The notes under the pieces: model-generated
What the model was told of the DNA's origin: nothing
The model's input: the letters and a program-made list of their open reading frames with translations, nothing else
Databases searched by the model: none
Part shown: piece by piece, positions 1 to 11,032 of the stretch
How the letters are laid out: the number at the start of each line of letters is the position of its first letter
Numbering within the stretch: the stretch's first letter is position 1
From: an uncultured Gemmatimonadales bacterium
GTDB taxonomy: Bacteria > Gemmatimonadota > Gemmatimonadetes > Gemmatimonadales > GWC2-71-9
Assembly (NCBI GenBank): GCA_963795085.1
Contig: CAWCFX010000003.1
Span: forward strand, 320,001 to 384,000
Direction: 5' to 3'
Length of the DNA stretch: 64,000 nucleotides
Made by a program: the position numbers and the translations under genes

Positions 1-63
1 GGGCCGCGGCCGGCAAGGGTCCGAGCAGCAGGGCAGCAATGACCGCCAGGCTGCACCGCCTTG

Positions 64-1308
<1,245 letters not shown>

Positions 1309-1329
1309 GCCCGGAATATAAGCGGGCCG

Positions 1330-2208
1330 TTAGCGCCCGGTCGGAAACGCAGCCTCAGCGAGGCGGGCGAGCTCGTCCGCGGTGAGTTCCACGCCGGGCG
1401 CGGTGGCCGAGTCCACGACGTGGTCCACTTTGCGGGCACTGGGGATCGGCACCACCGTCGGCCCCTGGGCCAGGACCCACGCCAGCACGATGGCATGGGG
1501 AGAGACCCGATGGCGGCCGGCCAGGTCCGTCACGGCGGGAATGGCAGGAATCCGGAGATTGAGCCGGCCGCCGCCCGTTGGACTGTAAGCCAGGAAGACG
1601 ATGCCTGCCTGGCCGCAGTGCTCGACCACCCCGCCGTGGAGCGACTCCCGGAAGAAGGGGCTCAGCCGGTTCTGCACGGTGGCGATGGGCGTGATTTTCC
1701 GCGCCTGCTCGATCTGCTCGACCGACACGTTGGAGAGCCCCAGCAGGCGGACCTTGCCACGCCGCACCAGCTCCGCCAGGGCCTCGATGCTCTCGGTAAA
1801 TGGTACGTCGGGATCGGGCCGGTGCAGCTGGTAGAGGGCGATCCGCTCCACGCCCAGTGCCAGGAGCGAGCGGTCGCAGGCACGGAAGAGATGCTCGGGT
1901 CGGCCGTTGGTGGTCCACGCGGCGCCCTCGCGGTCCATGCCGCCCTTGGTGCCGACGACGATGGTCTCGCGGGGGCCCTTCCAGCTCTCCAGCGCGGCAG
2001 CCACCAGCCGCTCGTTGTGGCCGAGGTCCCGGTCGGAGAGGCAGTACACGTCCGCCGTATCAATGAACGTGACGCCCTGGTCCAGCGCGGCGTGGATGAC
2101 CCGGATGCCGACATCCTCCGGCGGGCGCCCCTCGATGGAGAGGTGCATCCCGCCGTACCCGATGGCCGAGATCGGCGGGCCATCGGGTCCCAGCCGGCGC
2201 TGTTCCAT
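1330..2208 (-). CDS. aldo/keto reductase
   Basis: IGYGGM, IDTADVY, TKGG, LYQLHRPD, LGLSN, AYSP, PIPSA motifs. Confidence 0.9.
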   Translation of the reverse strand: MEQRRLGPDGPPISAIGYGGMHLSIEGRPPEDVGIRVIHAALDQGVTFIDTADVYCLSDRDLGHNERLVAAALESWKGPRETIVVGTKGGMDREGAAWTTNGRPEHLFRACDRSLLALGVERIALYQLHRPDPDVPFTESIEALAELVRRGKVRLLGLSNVSVEQIEQARKITPIATVQNRLSPFFRESLHGGVVEHCGQAGIVFLAYSPTGGGRLNLRIPAIPAVTDLAGRHRVSPHAIVLAWVLAQGPTVVPIPSARKVDHVVDSATAPGVELTADELARLAEAAFPTGR

Positions 2209-2215
2209 CAGGCGC

Positions 2216-2965
2216 TCACGGCGTCCGCACGGCCTTCTTCACGTACGCGAGCATTTCGTCCCGGACCTCGTAGTACAGGGCCATGCCGTGATCGGCGCCG
2301 GGCACCAGGCGGGCCGTCACGTGGGCCAAATCCGCGCTCCAGGTCCTGACGTTGTCGCCGCCCGAGAAAGGATCGTTCTCCGAGGATGCGAGCAGCACCG
2401 GAATGCTGACCGCCTGGAGCGCCGCGCGAATCCGCTCCGAGGCGTCCCCGCCGAAAACCGGGGCCCCGGCGGCGCCCAGGGTGATGAGGCCCCGTAACCC
2501 GGGCACCCGGGGCGCGACGAGCAACGCGCCGCACCCGCCCACGCTGGAGCCGACCAGCAGCAGGCGGCTCGAATCGATGAAGTTCTGGGACGCGCCCCAG
2601 CACGCGACCCGGAGGATATCGTCGTCGATACGCTCAAAGGCGAGCTTGGAGGCGCTCTTCATGAACGCGGACCCGAAATCCTCGAGGCCAAACCCGTGGG
2701 GGGTATCGATGACCACCGGGCCGGCGGGACCCATGATCGACGCGCCGTGACCGCGCTCATCGAAGGCCAGGCAGGCGAGGCCCAGGTCGAGCAGGTCCTC
2801 TACCAGGGGCCCGTAACTGTCCGCGGTCGCGGGATACTGGTGGGCCAGGACCGCCAGCGGGTACCGGGTGCCGGGCGACGCCTCCGGGTACTCGAGGACC
2901 CCTTTGAGCACCAGTCCGTCGATGGTCACGACCGACATTTCCAGAGGACTGAGCGGCGGCAGCAT
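2216..2965 (-). CDS. alpha/beta-fold hydrolase
   Basis: FDERGHG, nucleophile elbow GSSVG, downstream D (SENDP) and H (GADHG); start taken at ATG 2965. Confidence 0.75.
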   Translation of the reverse strand: MLPPLSPLEMSVVTIDGLVLKGVLEYPEASPGTRYPLAVLAHQYPATADSYGPLVEDLLDLGLACLAFDERGHGASIMGPAGPVVIDTPHGFGLEDFGSAFMKSASKLAFERIDDDILRVACWGASQNFIDSSRLLLVGSSVGGCGALLVAPRVPGLRGLITLGAAGAPVFGGDASERIRAALQAVSIPVLLASSENDPFSGGDNVRTWSADLAHVTARLVPGADHGMALYYEVRDEMLAYVKKAVRTP

Positions 2966-2979
2966 GACGGGCGCCCGGT

Positions 2980-3252
2980 TCAGCTCAGTCCCAGCTGCTT
3001 CTCCAGGCGAAACCACTCCTCCGGCCGAAGCCGGTTGCCGGCCCGGAGCGGATCCAGGGCGGCGCGGATCTCCTCGCGGGAGCCGCTGATCTTCCGGTCG
3101 CGCAGTTCGCCGACCATGCGGGCGAACCGCTGGTCGAACCCGGTGTGGTCCAGTTCGCCGCTCGCCCGCTTGGCGCTCAGCCGTTCGATTTCTTCGGCCA
3201 GCCGGGTCGGGGAAATCGGCGTAAGGGACTGGTCAGGCTGGTCGGCGCTCAT
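2980..3252 (-). CDS. hypothetical helical protein (90 aa)
   Basis: Compact ORF co-oriented with neighbours, native codon usage, GGAG upstream. Confidence 0.6.
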   Translation of the reverse strand: MSADQPDQSLTPISPTRLAEEIERLSAKRASGELDHTGFDQRFARMVGELRDRKISGSREEIRAALDPLRAGNRLRPEEWFRLEKQLGLS

Positions 3253-3289
3253 GCGAAGCTCCCGGTGATGTGGTGAGGGTCAGGTGGTT

Positions 3290-3790
3290 TCATGGTACGG
3301 GTGCCACGTGCTGAAAGTCGGCGGTCAGGCGGGTCGTCGGCGCCATCTGGAAGACCCGTTCGAAAATTTCCTGCCCGGTGGCCGCCGCGCCGGCGAGGTC
3401 GCGGGCGAAGTCCACCTGGATGAACTCGCGGACCGGACCGTCCGGCGTGTCTTCCACCTGGTAGGTAATGCCCTTGCCCTCGAGCAGGCTCTTGACCTGC
3501 TCGTAGTAGGGCTCCGACCACGGCGCCAGGGGGAAATCCAGCTGGATGCCGAGCGCATTCTGGTCGCGGACGTACTTGGAAAACTCCACGAAGCGCTGGT
3601 CCCCGGGGACTTCGAAGACCACGAAGCCAAGATCGTAGCCCCGCAGCAGGAGAATCTCGAGGCAGCGCTGGAGGTCGGGCAATCCGACTTCTTCGAGGTG
3701 CTCGACGGCCTTGGGACGGCGATAGAGAAACACTCCGGCAATGATCGCCGCGACCCCGAAGACCGTCACCAGAATCAGTTCTGACCGCAC
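3290..3790 (-). CDS. hypothetical protein with N-terminal TM helix
   Basis: Hydrophobic N-terminus followed by a globular domain; GGAG upstream of GTG. Confidence 0.6.
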   Translation of the reverse strand: MRSELILVTVFGVAAIIAGVFLYRRPKAVEHLEEVGLPDLQRCLEILLLRGYDLGFVVFEVPGDQRFVEFSKYVRDQNALGIQLDFPLAPWSEPYYEQVKSLLEGKGITYQVEDTPDGPVREFIQVDFARDLAGAAATGQEIFERVFQMAPTTRLTADFQHVAPVP

Positions 3791-3898
3791 GAAGGGCTCC
3801 TGGGAATAGCAAGCCTAATGCTAACACGAAACGGCCCGGAACACACGCGGGCCCGGCGCGCTGGCCGGGCCCGGGAGTGCAGCGCCGAGGCGCAGGGG

Positions 3899-4072
3899 CT
3901 ATTCGACCGGATCCTTCTGCCGGGTCCGGCTCGCGCCGCTGAAGATCCCGATGCCCAGCAGGATCACCACCCCAATGCCGATCCACATGGGTGGCAGCCC
4001 CATCACGGCAGCGGCCCAGGCCAGGCCAGCGATGAGCAGAACGAAGCCAAGCATGTACAGGCCGAACGTCAT
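3899..4072 (-). CDS. small two-TM membrane protein (57 aa, absent from ORF track)
   Basis: Manual translation MTFGLYMLGFVLLIAGLAWAAAVMGLPPMWIGIGVVILLGIGIFSGASRTRQKDPVE*; GGGAGG RBS just upstream. Confidence 0.7.
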   Translation of the reverse strand: MTFGLYMLGFVLLIAGLAWAAAVMGLPPMWIGIGVVILLGIGIFSGASRTRQKDPVE

Positions 4073-4156
4073 GGATTCCTCCCGGTATGATACCAGGGCG
4101 CGCCCCCGCCCTGATAAGCTAGAACGGAGGCGCGGCGCGGCTGGTGACCGCAGTCA

Positions 4157-5779
4157 CTAGTAGCTGGATCCCGGGATTTCTACATCGGCGGTGGCCCAGG
4201 CCTTCTGGAGCCGGCCCTGGACCTGGCCGGCCTCGCTGGTTTTTCCCTGCGCCTGGAGACTGGCGGAGAGCCCGGCCAGTGACCAGCCATTCTCCGGAAA
4301 CCGGGTGAGGTCTTCGCGGTAGACCGCTTCCGCCTCCGCTCCCCTGCCCGCCTTGAGCAGCACGGTCCCCAGTGACGCCCGCACCGGGTAGAACCACTGG
4401 GGCGGCTCCACATAGTTGAACGTATCCTCCAGCCGGGCCGCCTCCCGGTAGTGCCCGATCGCCCCGTCCAGCTCTCCCTTCCGGTAGGCGATTTCACCCG
4501 TCAGCGCGTGCATCGCGATATCCATGATGATCTTGCTTTCGCCTTCACCGGAGGTCATCGCCGTCCGGTCGGCCGCGGTGGTCCCGGTCGCGATGACCTG
4601 GACCGTATCCAGCGCCGCCTGGGCCTCGCCCAATTGCCCCTTGGCGGCGTGGGCCATGCCCCGCGCGTACCACGCCAGCCCGGTGGCGACCCGGAGGTCG
4701 GCCGGCGGCAACGGCTGCGCCAGCACCGCGTCCCAGCGCCCAAAGCGGGAAAGCACCAGCACGTCATAGGGGAGCAGCTGCTGGAAGGGTGGCACCTGGC
4801 GGACGACCTCGACCGGCATGTTGGCCACCAGTTTCTTCGCCGCTTCAATGGCCTGCGCGCTGCGGCCCGCCATGGTGGCCGCGAAAGAGAGGAAATGATA
4901 GTTGTGGGGGTAGTACCCGGCCGGGTAGATGCCGGAGGGGCGTTCGCTCGCGATGTAGGATTCGTCGGCGTGGACCGCGTGCACGTTGGCCTCGATCGCG
5001 TCGGCGTACCGGCCCACCCGGATATAGATATGCCCGGGCATATGCACCATGTGCCCCGCCCCCGGCATCAGGGCCGCGAGCCGCTCGGCGCAGGGGACCG
5101 CCTTTTCGGGGCTCACCGCTTCGACGGCGTGGATGTAATAGTGGCACGCGCCCGGGTGGTTCCGGTTGCGGGCCAGCACCCGCTCCAGCTGCTGGATGAT
5201 CAGGTCGGTGCCCGGGTAGGGGCTGCCGTCCTTTTTCCAATACGCCCAGGGGCGCAGGTCCATCATGGCCTCGGCGTAGAATGTCGCGGCGTCGAGATCA
5301 TCGGGAAACTCCCGCACCAGGGCACCCATGGCGGTGGCGTAGGCCGAATCCAGCGCGGCCCGGTCGGCGGAGGCCGTGGCGGCGTACCGCTTCTGCAGCG
5401 CCCGGATGTAGGCCTGCTCCCGGGCCGGAACCTTTGGCGCCAGGGCAACCGCCCGCTCCAGGGCCGCCCAGGCAGCGACGGCGCCGGCTGAATCCATCGG
5501 CGCGTTGACGTGGGGACCGTGGGCCAGCGCCTCGCCCCAGAAGCACATGGCGCATGCGGGATCCAGCCGTTGGGCCTCGCGGAAAGCGCGAATGGCTTCG
5601 CCGTGGTTGAACCCGAAGACCAGGCGCAGTCCCTGGTTGAAGTAGGCCTGCGCTCCCGGAACCCTGGTGCTGATCGCGTGTTGGTGATTCCCGAGGTTGT
5701 CGTAGAGCGGAACGGTGTCGGGGGCGGTCCCGGCAGGCAGCGTCGCGAGCAGCAACGCCGCAAAAGGGATGAAAGCCAT
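4157..5779 (-). CDS. secreted TPR-repeat protein with His-rich motifs
   Basis: Signal peptide, TPR-like helices, HYYIH, GHMVHMPGHIY, PHNYHF; AGGAGG RBS. Confidence 0.8.
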   Translation of the reverse strand: MAFIPFAALLLATLPAGTAPDTVPLYDNLGNHQHAISTRVPGAQAYFNQGLRLVFGFNHGEAIRAFREAQRLDPACAMCFWGEALAHGPHVNAPMDSAGAVAAWAALERAVALAPKVPAREQAYIRALQKRYAATASADRAALDSAYATAMGALVREFPDDLDAATFYAEAMMDLRPWAYWKKDGSPYPGTDLIIQQLERVLARNRNHPGACHYYIHAVEAVSPEKAVPCAERLAALMPGAGHMVHMPGHIYIRVGRYADAIEANVHAVHADESYIASERPSGIYPAGYYPHNYHFLSFAATMAGRSAQAIEAAKKLVANMPVEVVRQVPPFQQLLPYDVLVLSRFGRWDAVLAQPLPPADLRVATGLAWYARGMAHAAKGQLGEAQAALDTVQVIATGTTAADRTAMTSGEGESKIIMDIAMHALTGEIAYRKGELDGAIGHYREAARLEDTFNYVEPPQWFYPVRASLGTVLLKAGRGAEAEAVYREDLTRFPENGWSLAGLSASLQAQGKTSEAGQVQGRLQKAWATADVEIPGSSY

Positions 5780-5883
5780 AGGTCTGCCTCCTTTTTCGTG
5801 ACTGACTGGGGCGTCCGCGCGGGCGGATGGGATGGATTTTTCCTATTTAGCGGACTGGTCCACGCCCGTCCAGTGGGCCCGGC

Positions 5884-6834
5884 TCAGGGGAGTCGGTAGG
5901 CGACCAGATCGGCGAGCCCGGTTGCGGGATCGGGCGATTCCGCCAGGAAGCGGTCGTCGCCCCGGACCCAGGCGATCCGGTCCAGGGACCGCTGCCAGGC
6001 GGGGATGGAGACCTGGGAATGGGCGGTGAGGTCCGCGAGGTAGAGCCCGCCATCTGTCAGGGCGAGGGCATGGGCGCCGGCCACCTGGATCAGCCCGAGG
6101 GAACCGGCCGGGGTGAAGTCATGCACGGGAACCAGCGCGCGGGTATCGGGATCCAGACGGAAAAGCCGGGACGATCCCGCCAGCGAGAGGAAAAACCGGT
6201 TCCCATCCCGGTGGATGTCCGCCACAGTAGCGGGGAGGTCAACCGAGATGATGGCGCGTGCGGGGCCGCGAGTATCCACCAGGTAGAGTCGCGCGGAGGC
6301 CAGAAATGCCACGGTGTCGCCCCGAAACCAGGCCAGGCGGGTAACCTGCATGTGCAGAATTCCGTCGGGAGTCACCAGGGGAACCGGGCGTATTTCGCTG
6401 GTGTCCCGGATATCGCCCATCGGCGCGGTCACCAGGGCGCTGTAGTAGGGTCCCGCACCGACGCCATGGTTCCGCCGGGTCAGCAGGAAGGCCACCCGGC
6501 CCCCGGCGCTAACCGTGGGCAGCGAATAGCGGTCGTCGGAGAGCCGGTCGGTGGCAGGACAGATTTCCCTCGACACCCGGGAAGCGCCCCGCGGCAGGAC
6601 TCCCAGGCAGGCATCGCCGGGTTCGTACCATGAATCGAAGGAGTAGATGTATCCGCTTCCATCCGGCAGGCCCGCCGGGTCGCCGTCCCGCCCCCGGTTG
6701 GCGGTGAGGACGGCAGGCGGGCCAGGAAGGAATGGCCGGCGGGTCGAATGGTCGTCTGCGGTGAAGGGTGCCTCGTGAGAACATCCCACAGCGAGGGCCA
6801 GAATGGCCAGGCCCAGGAATCGCACAGGCACCAT
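5884..6834 (-). CDS. putative lipoprotein, TolB/beta-propeller-like
   Basis: Lipobox LAVGC; PD40-like segments (PDGSGYIYS, PTVSAGGRVAF). Confidence 0.6.
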   Translation of the reverse strand: MVPVRFLGLAILALAVGCSHEAPFTADDHSTRRPFLPGPPAVLTANRGRDGDPAGLPDGSGYIYSFDSWYEPGDACLGVLPRGASRVSREICPATDRLSDDRYSLPTVSAGGRVAFLLTRRNHGVGAGPYYSALVTAPMGDIRDTSEIRPVPLVTPDGILHMQVTRLAWFRGDTVAFLASARLYLVDTRGPARAIISVDLPATVADIHRDGNRFFLSLAGSSRLFRLDPDTRALVPVHDFTPAGSLGLIQVAGAHALALTDGGLYLADLTAHSQVSIPAWQRSLDRIAWVRGDDRFLAESPDPATGLADLVAYRLP

Positions 6835-7022
6835 CGAGGTCACCGAATAGGGGAATGGAGGGTGCGTCGAGGCGGATTGGGCAGGGGCCACGATCGCCAG
6901 GGGTTTCTAACGTACGAGATCGGCGATTGGTGTCAGAGGGCACAGCATCCCCACTCTGCCCGCCCCAATTTGCCTCTGTGACCTCCGCCACACTAGTGCC
7001 GGAGTCCCCGGGGTATTCGACG

Positions 7023-9746
7023 ATGGGCGATACGCTAGGAAAACGACTGACCCTCGCATTTGCCGCGGCCCTGCTGCTGCTCGGCAGTATCGTCGTCCTG
7101 ACCTACCGCAGTACCGAACGCCTCCACGAGTCCAACCTCCTTCGGCAATCCGCAGCGCTCAAGGCCCTGGAACTGGAGCGCCTGCACACCAGCGTGGCCG
7201 ATGCCGAAACCGGGCAGCGAGGGTACCTGCTGACCGGCAATGATCGTGATCTTGAACCCTACCATGCCGCCGTGGAGCTGATTCCTGGACACCGGGATCG
7301 CCTCGACTCCCTGGGGGTCCGGGGCCCCATGCGGGACCGCCTGGATTCGCTGGTGGACAGGCAAATGGCCGAGATCGAGGCCCGGATCGGGCAATACCGG
7401 CTGGAAGGCGCGGAACTCGCGATTGCCGCGCTCCGGAACGGCGACGGGAATGCCAGGATGGATAGCATCCGGGCCAGCCTGGCGCACCTGAAGGGAATCC
7501 AGGACGCCGCCCTCTCGTCCAGCCTGCAGGAAGAGCGAGACCAGGCCCGGACGGTCCTGCTGGCCATCGCGGCTCTCGCCCTGTCGGGCCTGGTCGTGCT
7601 GGGAGGCCTCTTCGCCACGGTCTCCCGCCACGCGGCCGAACGCCAGGCGGCGCTGCAGCAGGTGAGCCTGGCACGGGCCCACCTGGAAGAGCGGGTCCGC
7701 GAGCGCACCGCCGCCCTGGAACTGGAACTGGCCCAGCGGCTGCGTGCCGAGCAGGGTCGGCACGCGTCGGAGACCCAGTACCGGATCCTGGTGGAACAGA
7801 TCGAGGATCACGCCATTTTCAGCATGGCGCCGGATGGCACCGCTACCACCTGGAACGAAGGGGTCGCACGGGTCCTCGGCTTCGGCGAGGCCGAGTTCAT
7901 TGGGAGCCCGGCCGAGCGGATTTTCATCCCGGAGGACGTGGAGGCCGGCGTCCCGCGGCGGGAACTGGACGAGGCCGCCCGGCACGGGGTCGCCGGCAAC
8001 GACCGCTGGATGCAGCGCCGCGACGGCAGCCGGTTCTTCGCCAACGGCAGCACCACGGCGCTCCGGAACGAGCACGGCCAGCTGATCGGATTCAGCAAAG
8101 TGATGCGGGACCAGACCACCGCCCGGCAGACCGAGGAGGCGCTCCGCGCCAGCGAGACCCGGTACCGGCTGGTCGCGCTGGCGTCGCGGGAGACCATCTG
8201 GGACTGGGACCTCACCACCGGGGGACTGGACTGGAACGAGGCGATCGAAATGATCTTCGGGTACCCCGCCGCGGCCGCGGGGCGCGACATCGCCTGGTGG
8301 GAGAACCGCATTCACCCCGAGGAGCGGCAGCGGGTCATTGACAGCCGGCGCACCGCGATCGACCGGGGCGAACGGTTCTGGAGCGCCGACTACCGGTTCC
8401 AGCGCTCCGATGGACACTACGCCACGGTGACCGACCGCGGGGTGATCGCGCGGGACGACCAGGGCCGGCCCTACCGGATGCTGGGCACCATCGCCGACGT
8501 GACCGAGCGGCGGCGCACCGACGAAAAACTCTCCCAGGCCCAGCGGATGGAAGCGGTCGGACGGCTGGCCGGCGGCATCGCGCACGACCTGAACAACATG
8601 CTGACCGCCATCGTCGGGTACAGCACCTTCCTGGAGCAGGCGATCGACCCGGACGACGCCCGTCGCGGCGACGTGGCCGAGATCATCAAGGCCGCCGACC
8701 GCTCCGCGGCGCTTACCCGGTCGTTGCTCGCCTTTGCGCGGCGGGAGATCGTCCACCCCCAGCCGGTCGATCTCAACCGGATCGTGCTTGAAATAGGGCG
8801 AATGCTCCGCCCGGCCATGGGCGAAAGCATCCAGGTGGAGCTGGCCCTGGAACCCATCACGGGCACCGTGGTCGCCGACCGCAGCAGGCTGGAGCAGGTC
8901 ATCCTGAATATCGCGCTGAATGCGCGGGATGCCATGCCGGCCGGCGGGCGCCTGGCGATTGCCACCCGGAGCGTGCTGTTGACCGAGGGGGACGCCGCCC
9001 GCCATCCCGGCACCGAGGTGGCGCCCGGACGCTACGTCAAACTCACCATCAGTGATACCGGCACCGGCATGGATGCCGAGACGCTCTCCCGGGTGTTCGA
9101 GCCGTTCTTCACCACCAAGGACGTGGGCGAAGGTACCGGCCTGGGGCTGAGCGGCGTGTACGGGACCGTCAAGCAGGCGGGGGGATTCGTGTGGGCCTAC
9201 AGCGAGCCCGGCCATGGTTCGTCGTTCACCGTGTATCTGCCGGAGAACCCCGCCAGCGAAGCGGACGACCAGGCGGCCGATGGTGGCGAGCCGGCGCGGG
9301 GAGGCTCGGAGACCATCCTGCTGGTAGAGGACGAGGCCATGGTGCGGGCACTGGCCCAGCGGATTCTGGTGGCGGAGGGGTACCGGGTGCTCTCCGCCGG
9401 AAGCGGCGAGGAAGCGGTGGTGACCGCCCAGCGGGCGGGATTCCCGATCGACCTGCTCATCACCGACATCGTCATGCCGGGCATGGGCGGCCGGGACCTG
9501 GCCCGGGCGATCATCCGGCAAGACCCCGAGGTGCGGGTGCTCTTTACCTCCGGCTTCACGGATGACGAGGTAGTGCGACGGGGACTGATGGACCAGGGCC
9601 AGCCCTTCATGGAAAAACCCTGGTCGAGCGAACGGCTGCTGTCACGGGTGCGGGAACTGCTGGACCAGAAACTGGATCGCACCGGCTGGGCCCGGGCCAG
9701 CGTCCGACTCTCGCCGGAGGACAGCGGGGCATCGCGCCGCGGTTGA
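7023..9746 (+). CDS. hybrid sensor histidine kinase (CHASE3-PAS-PAS-HisKA-HATPase-REC)
   Basis: Two TMs around AETGQRGYLLTG (CHASE3); PAS; AHDLNN, NARDA, DTGTGM, FFTTK, GTGLGL; receiver LLVED/TDIVMP. Confidence 0.93.
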   Translation: MGDTLGKRLTLAFAAALLLLGSIVVLTYRSTERLHESNLLRQSAALKALELERLHTSVADAETGQRGYLLTGNDRDLEPYHAAVELIPGHRDRLDSLGVRGPMRDRLDSLVDRQMAEIEARIGQYRLEGAELAIAALRNGDGNARMDSIRASLAHLKGIQDAALSSSLQEERDQARTVLLAIAALALSGLVVLGGLFATVSRHAAERQAALQQVSLARAHLEERVRERTAALELELAQRLRAEQGRHASETQYRILVEQIEDHAIFSMAPDGTATTWNEGVARVLGFGEAEFIGSPAERIFIPEDVEAGVPRRELDEAARHGVAGNDRWMQRRDGSRFFANGSTTALRNEHGQLIGFSKVMRDQTTARQTEEALRASETRYRLVALASRETIWDWDLTTGGLDWNEAIEMIFGYPAAAAGRDIAWWENRIHPEERQRVIDSRRTAIDRGERFWSADYRFQRSDGHYATVTDRGVIARDDQGRPYRMLGTIADVTERRRTDEKLSQAQRMEAVGRLAGGIAHDLNNMLTAIVGYSTFLEQAIDPDDARRGDVAEIIKAADRSAALTRSLLAFARREIVHPQPVDLNRIVLEIGRMLRPAMGESIQVELALEPITGTVVADRSRLEQVILNIALNARDAMPAGGRLAIATRSVLLTEGDAARHPGTEVAPGRYVKLTISDTGTGMDAETLSRVFEPFFTTKDVGEGTGLGLSGVYGTVKQAGGFVWAYSEPGHGSSFTVYLPENPASEADDQAADGGEPARGGSETILLVEDEAMVRALAQRILVAEGYRVLSAGSGEEAVVTAQRAGFPIDLLITDIVMPGMGGRDLARAIIRQDPEVRVLFTSGFTDDEVVRRGLMDQGQPFMEKPWSSERLLSRVRELLDQKLDRTGWARASVRLSPEDSGASRRG

Positions 9747-9762
9747 CCCCGCGGCCGGGGGG

Positions 9763-10905
9763 TCAGCGGTCCGCGGTGACCGCGCCGGGTAGTGTTGCCA
9801 TAAGACGGGTGACCACCCGGCGCGGTGCGCGCGGCACAGGCAGGCTGTCTCCGTCCAGGGGCGCCCGCAGCAGCGAGTCGGCCCGCTGCCGAAGCCAGCG
9901 ATACCGGTCGGCCTGGGTCGAGTCGGAGAAGATCAGCATGGTGCCGCTCACCCGGAACCGGTCGGCCTGGGCATCGAGCAGTGTGATGGCCGACTGCATC
10001 AGGCTGAGAACCTCATCCACCCGGTTGGCCTCGTCGTAGGACTCGAGCCGCGGGTCTTCGTCCCGGACGGTGCTGTCGATCAGCCGCCACGCCCCAATCC
10101 GGTAGAGGCTGATGCTGTTTCGGACCGCATCCAGTTTCCGGGACGACCGCAGCAGCTGATCCGGCTGGAAGTCGATCGCCGGCTGCCACACCACCACCTC
10201 CGCAATCCGCAGGTTGTTCTCCAGCTCCCGCTCCTCGGCGGCCAGCGGATTGGGCTCGACCAGGGCCGCCAGGCTGGCCGAGGAGTCGTAGGGCGTTTCC
10301 CAGCGGGCCGAGAGTCCGTTGGTGACCGTCACCGGGATGGGGAGCTGGTTGTGCCCGGTTGCCCACCCCAGGAAATAGAGCCCCACCGCGCCGACGACCA
10401 GCACCAGGACCGCCGCCATGGCGGCCCACCCGGGGACCTGGTAGCGCGCCTGGAGCCGTCGCGAGGGCTGCAGCCGGGGGCGCAGTTCCAGGTCACCGGC
10501 CACGAAAGTCCGGGCCGGGCCACTGGGACGGAGCGGGCCACTGGTCCGCACCACCCGGCGGCGCTCCTCCGCCGCGGAGGACAGTTCCAGGAACCGGATG
10601 AACTCGCCATGCGGCTCGAAGTTTTCCAGGGGGATGAGCGGGAGCTGGGCCGGGTCGGCCGGCTGGGCCGGTACGGCCTCGCGGACGGGCTGGTGAGGCT
10701 GACGGTCCAGGGCGGCGATCCGAAGCAGGCGCCGAACCCCGGGATGGCGGGTCAAGGGTAGCCAGATATCGAGCGCGGAATGCCACACTTCGGCGTCGGC
10801 CGGAAGCCGCCCGCTGACAATTGCGCGCTCGACGCCCCGGGGCAGCGAGAGTGTGATTCTGCCACGCCCGGGTATGCGGACGTGAAGATAGTGGGATCGG
10901 GGCAT
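9763..10905 (-). CDS. hypothetical membrane protein (GYF_2-like N-terminus, one TM)
   Basis: GRLPADAEVWHSALDIWLPL resembles GYF_2; TM WAAMAAVLVLVVGAVGLYFLGW. Confidence 0.55.
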   Translation of the reverse strand: MPRSHYLHVRIPGRGRITLSLPRGVERAIVSGRLPADAEVWHSALDIWLPLTRHPGVRRLLRIAALDRQPHQPVREAVPAQPADPAQLPLIPLENFEPHGEFIRFLELSSAAEERRRVVRTSGPLRPSGPARTFVAGDLELRPRLQPSRRLQARYQVPGWAAMAAVLVLVVGAVGLYFLGWATGHNQLPIPVTVTNGLSARWETPYDSSASLAALVEPNPLAAEERELENNLRIAEVVVWQPAIDFQPDQLLRSSRKLDAVRNSISLYRIGAWRLIDSTVRDEDPRLESYDEANRVDEVLSLMQSAITLLDAQADRFRVSGTMLIFSDSTQADRYRWLRQRADSLLRAPLDGDSLPVPRAPRRVVTRLMATLPGAVTADR

Positions 10906-11032
10906 CAATCCTGTGACCACCGGTAACGAGTGTGGGGGTGTGGCTTACTGACGATCGGTTGGCGTAGTCAGACGACGCGGAACAATCGAAGCAGCTGGGC
11001 CAGCCCCAAGATAGGAAGGCCCCCGCGCAGGA

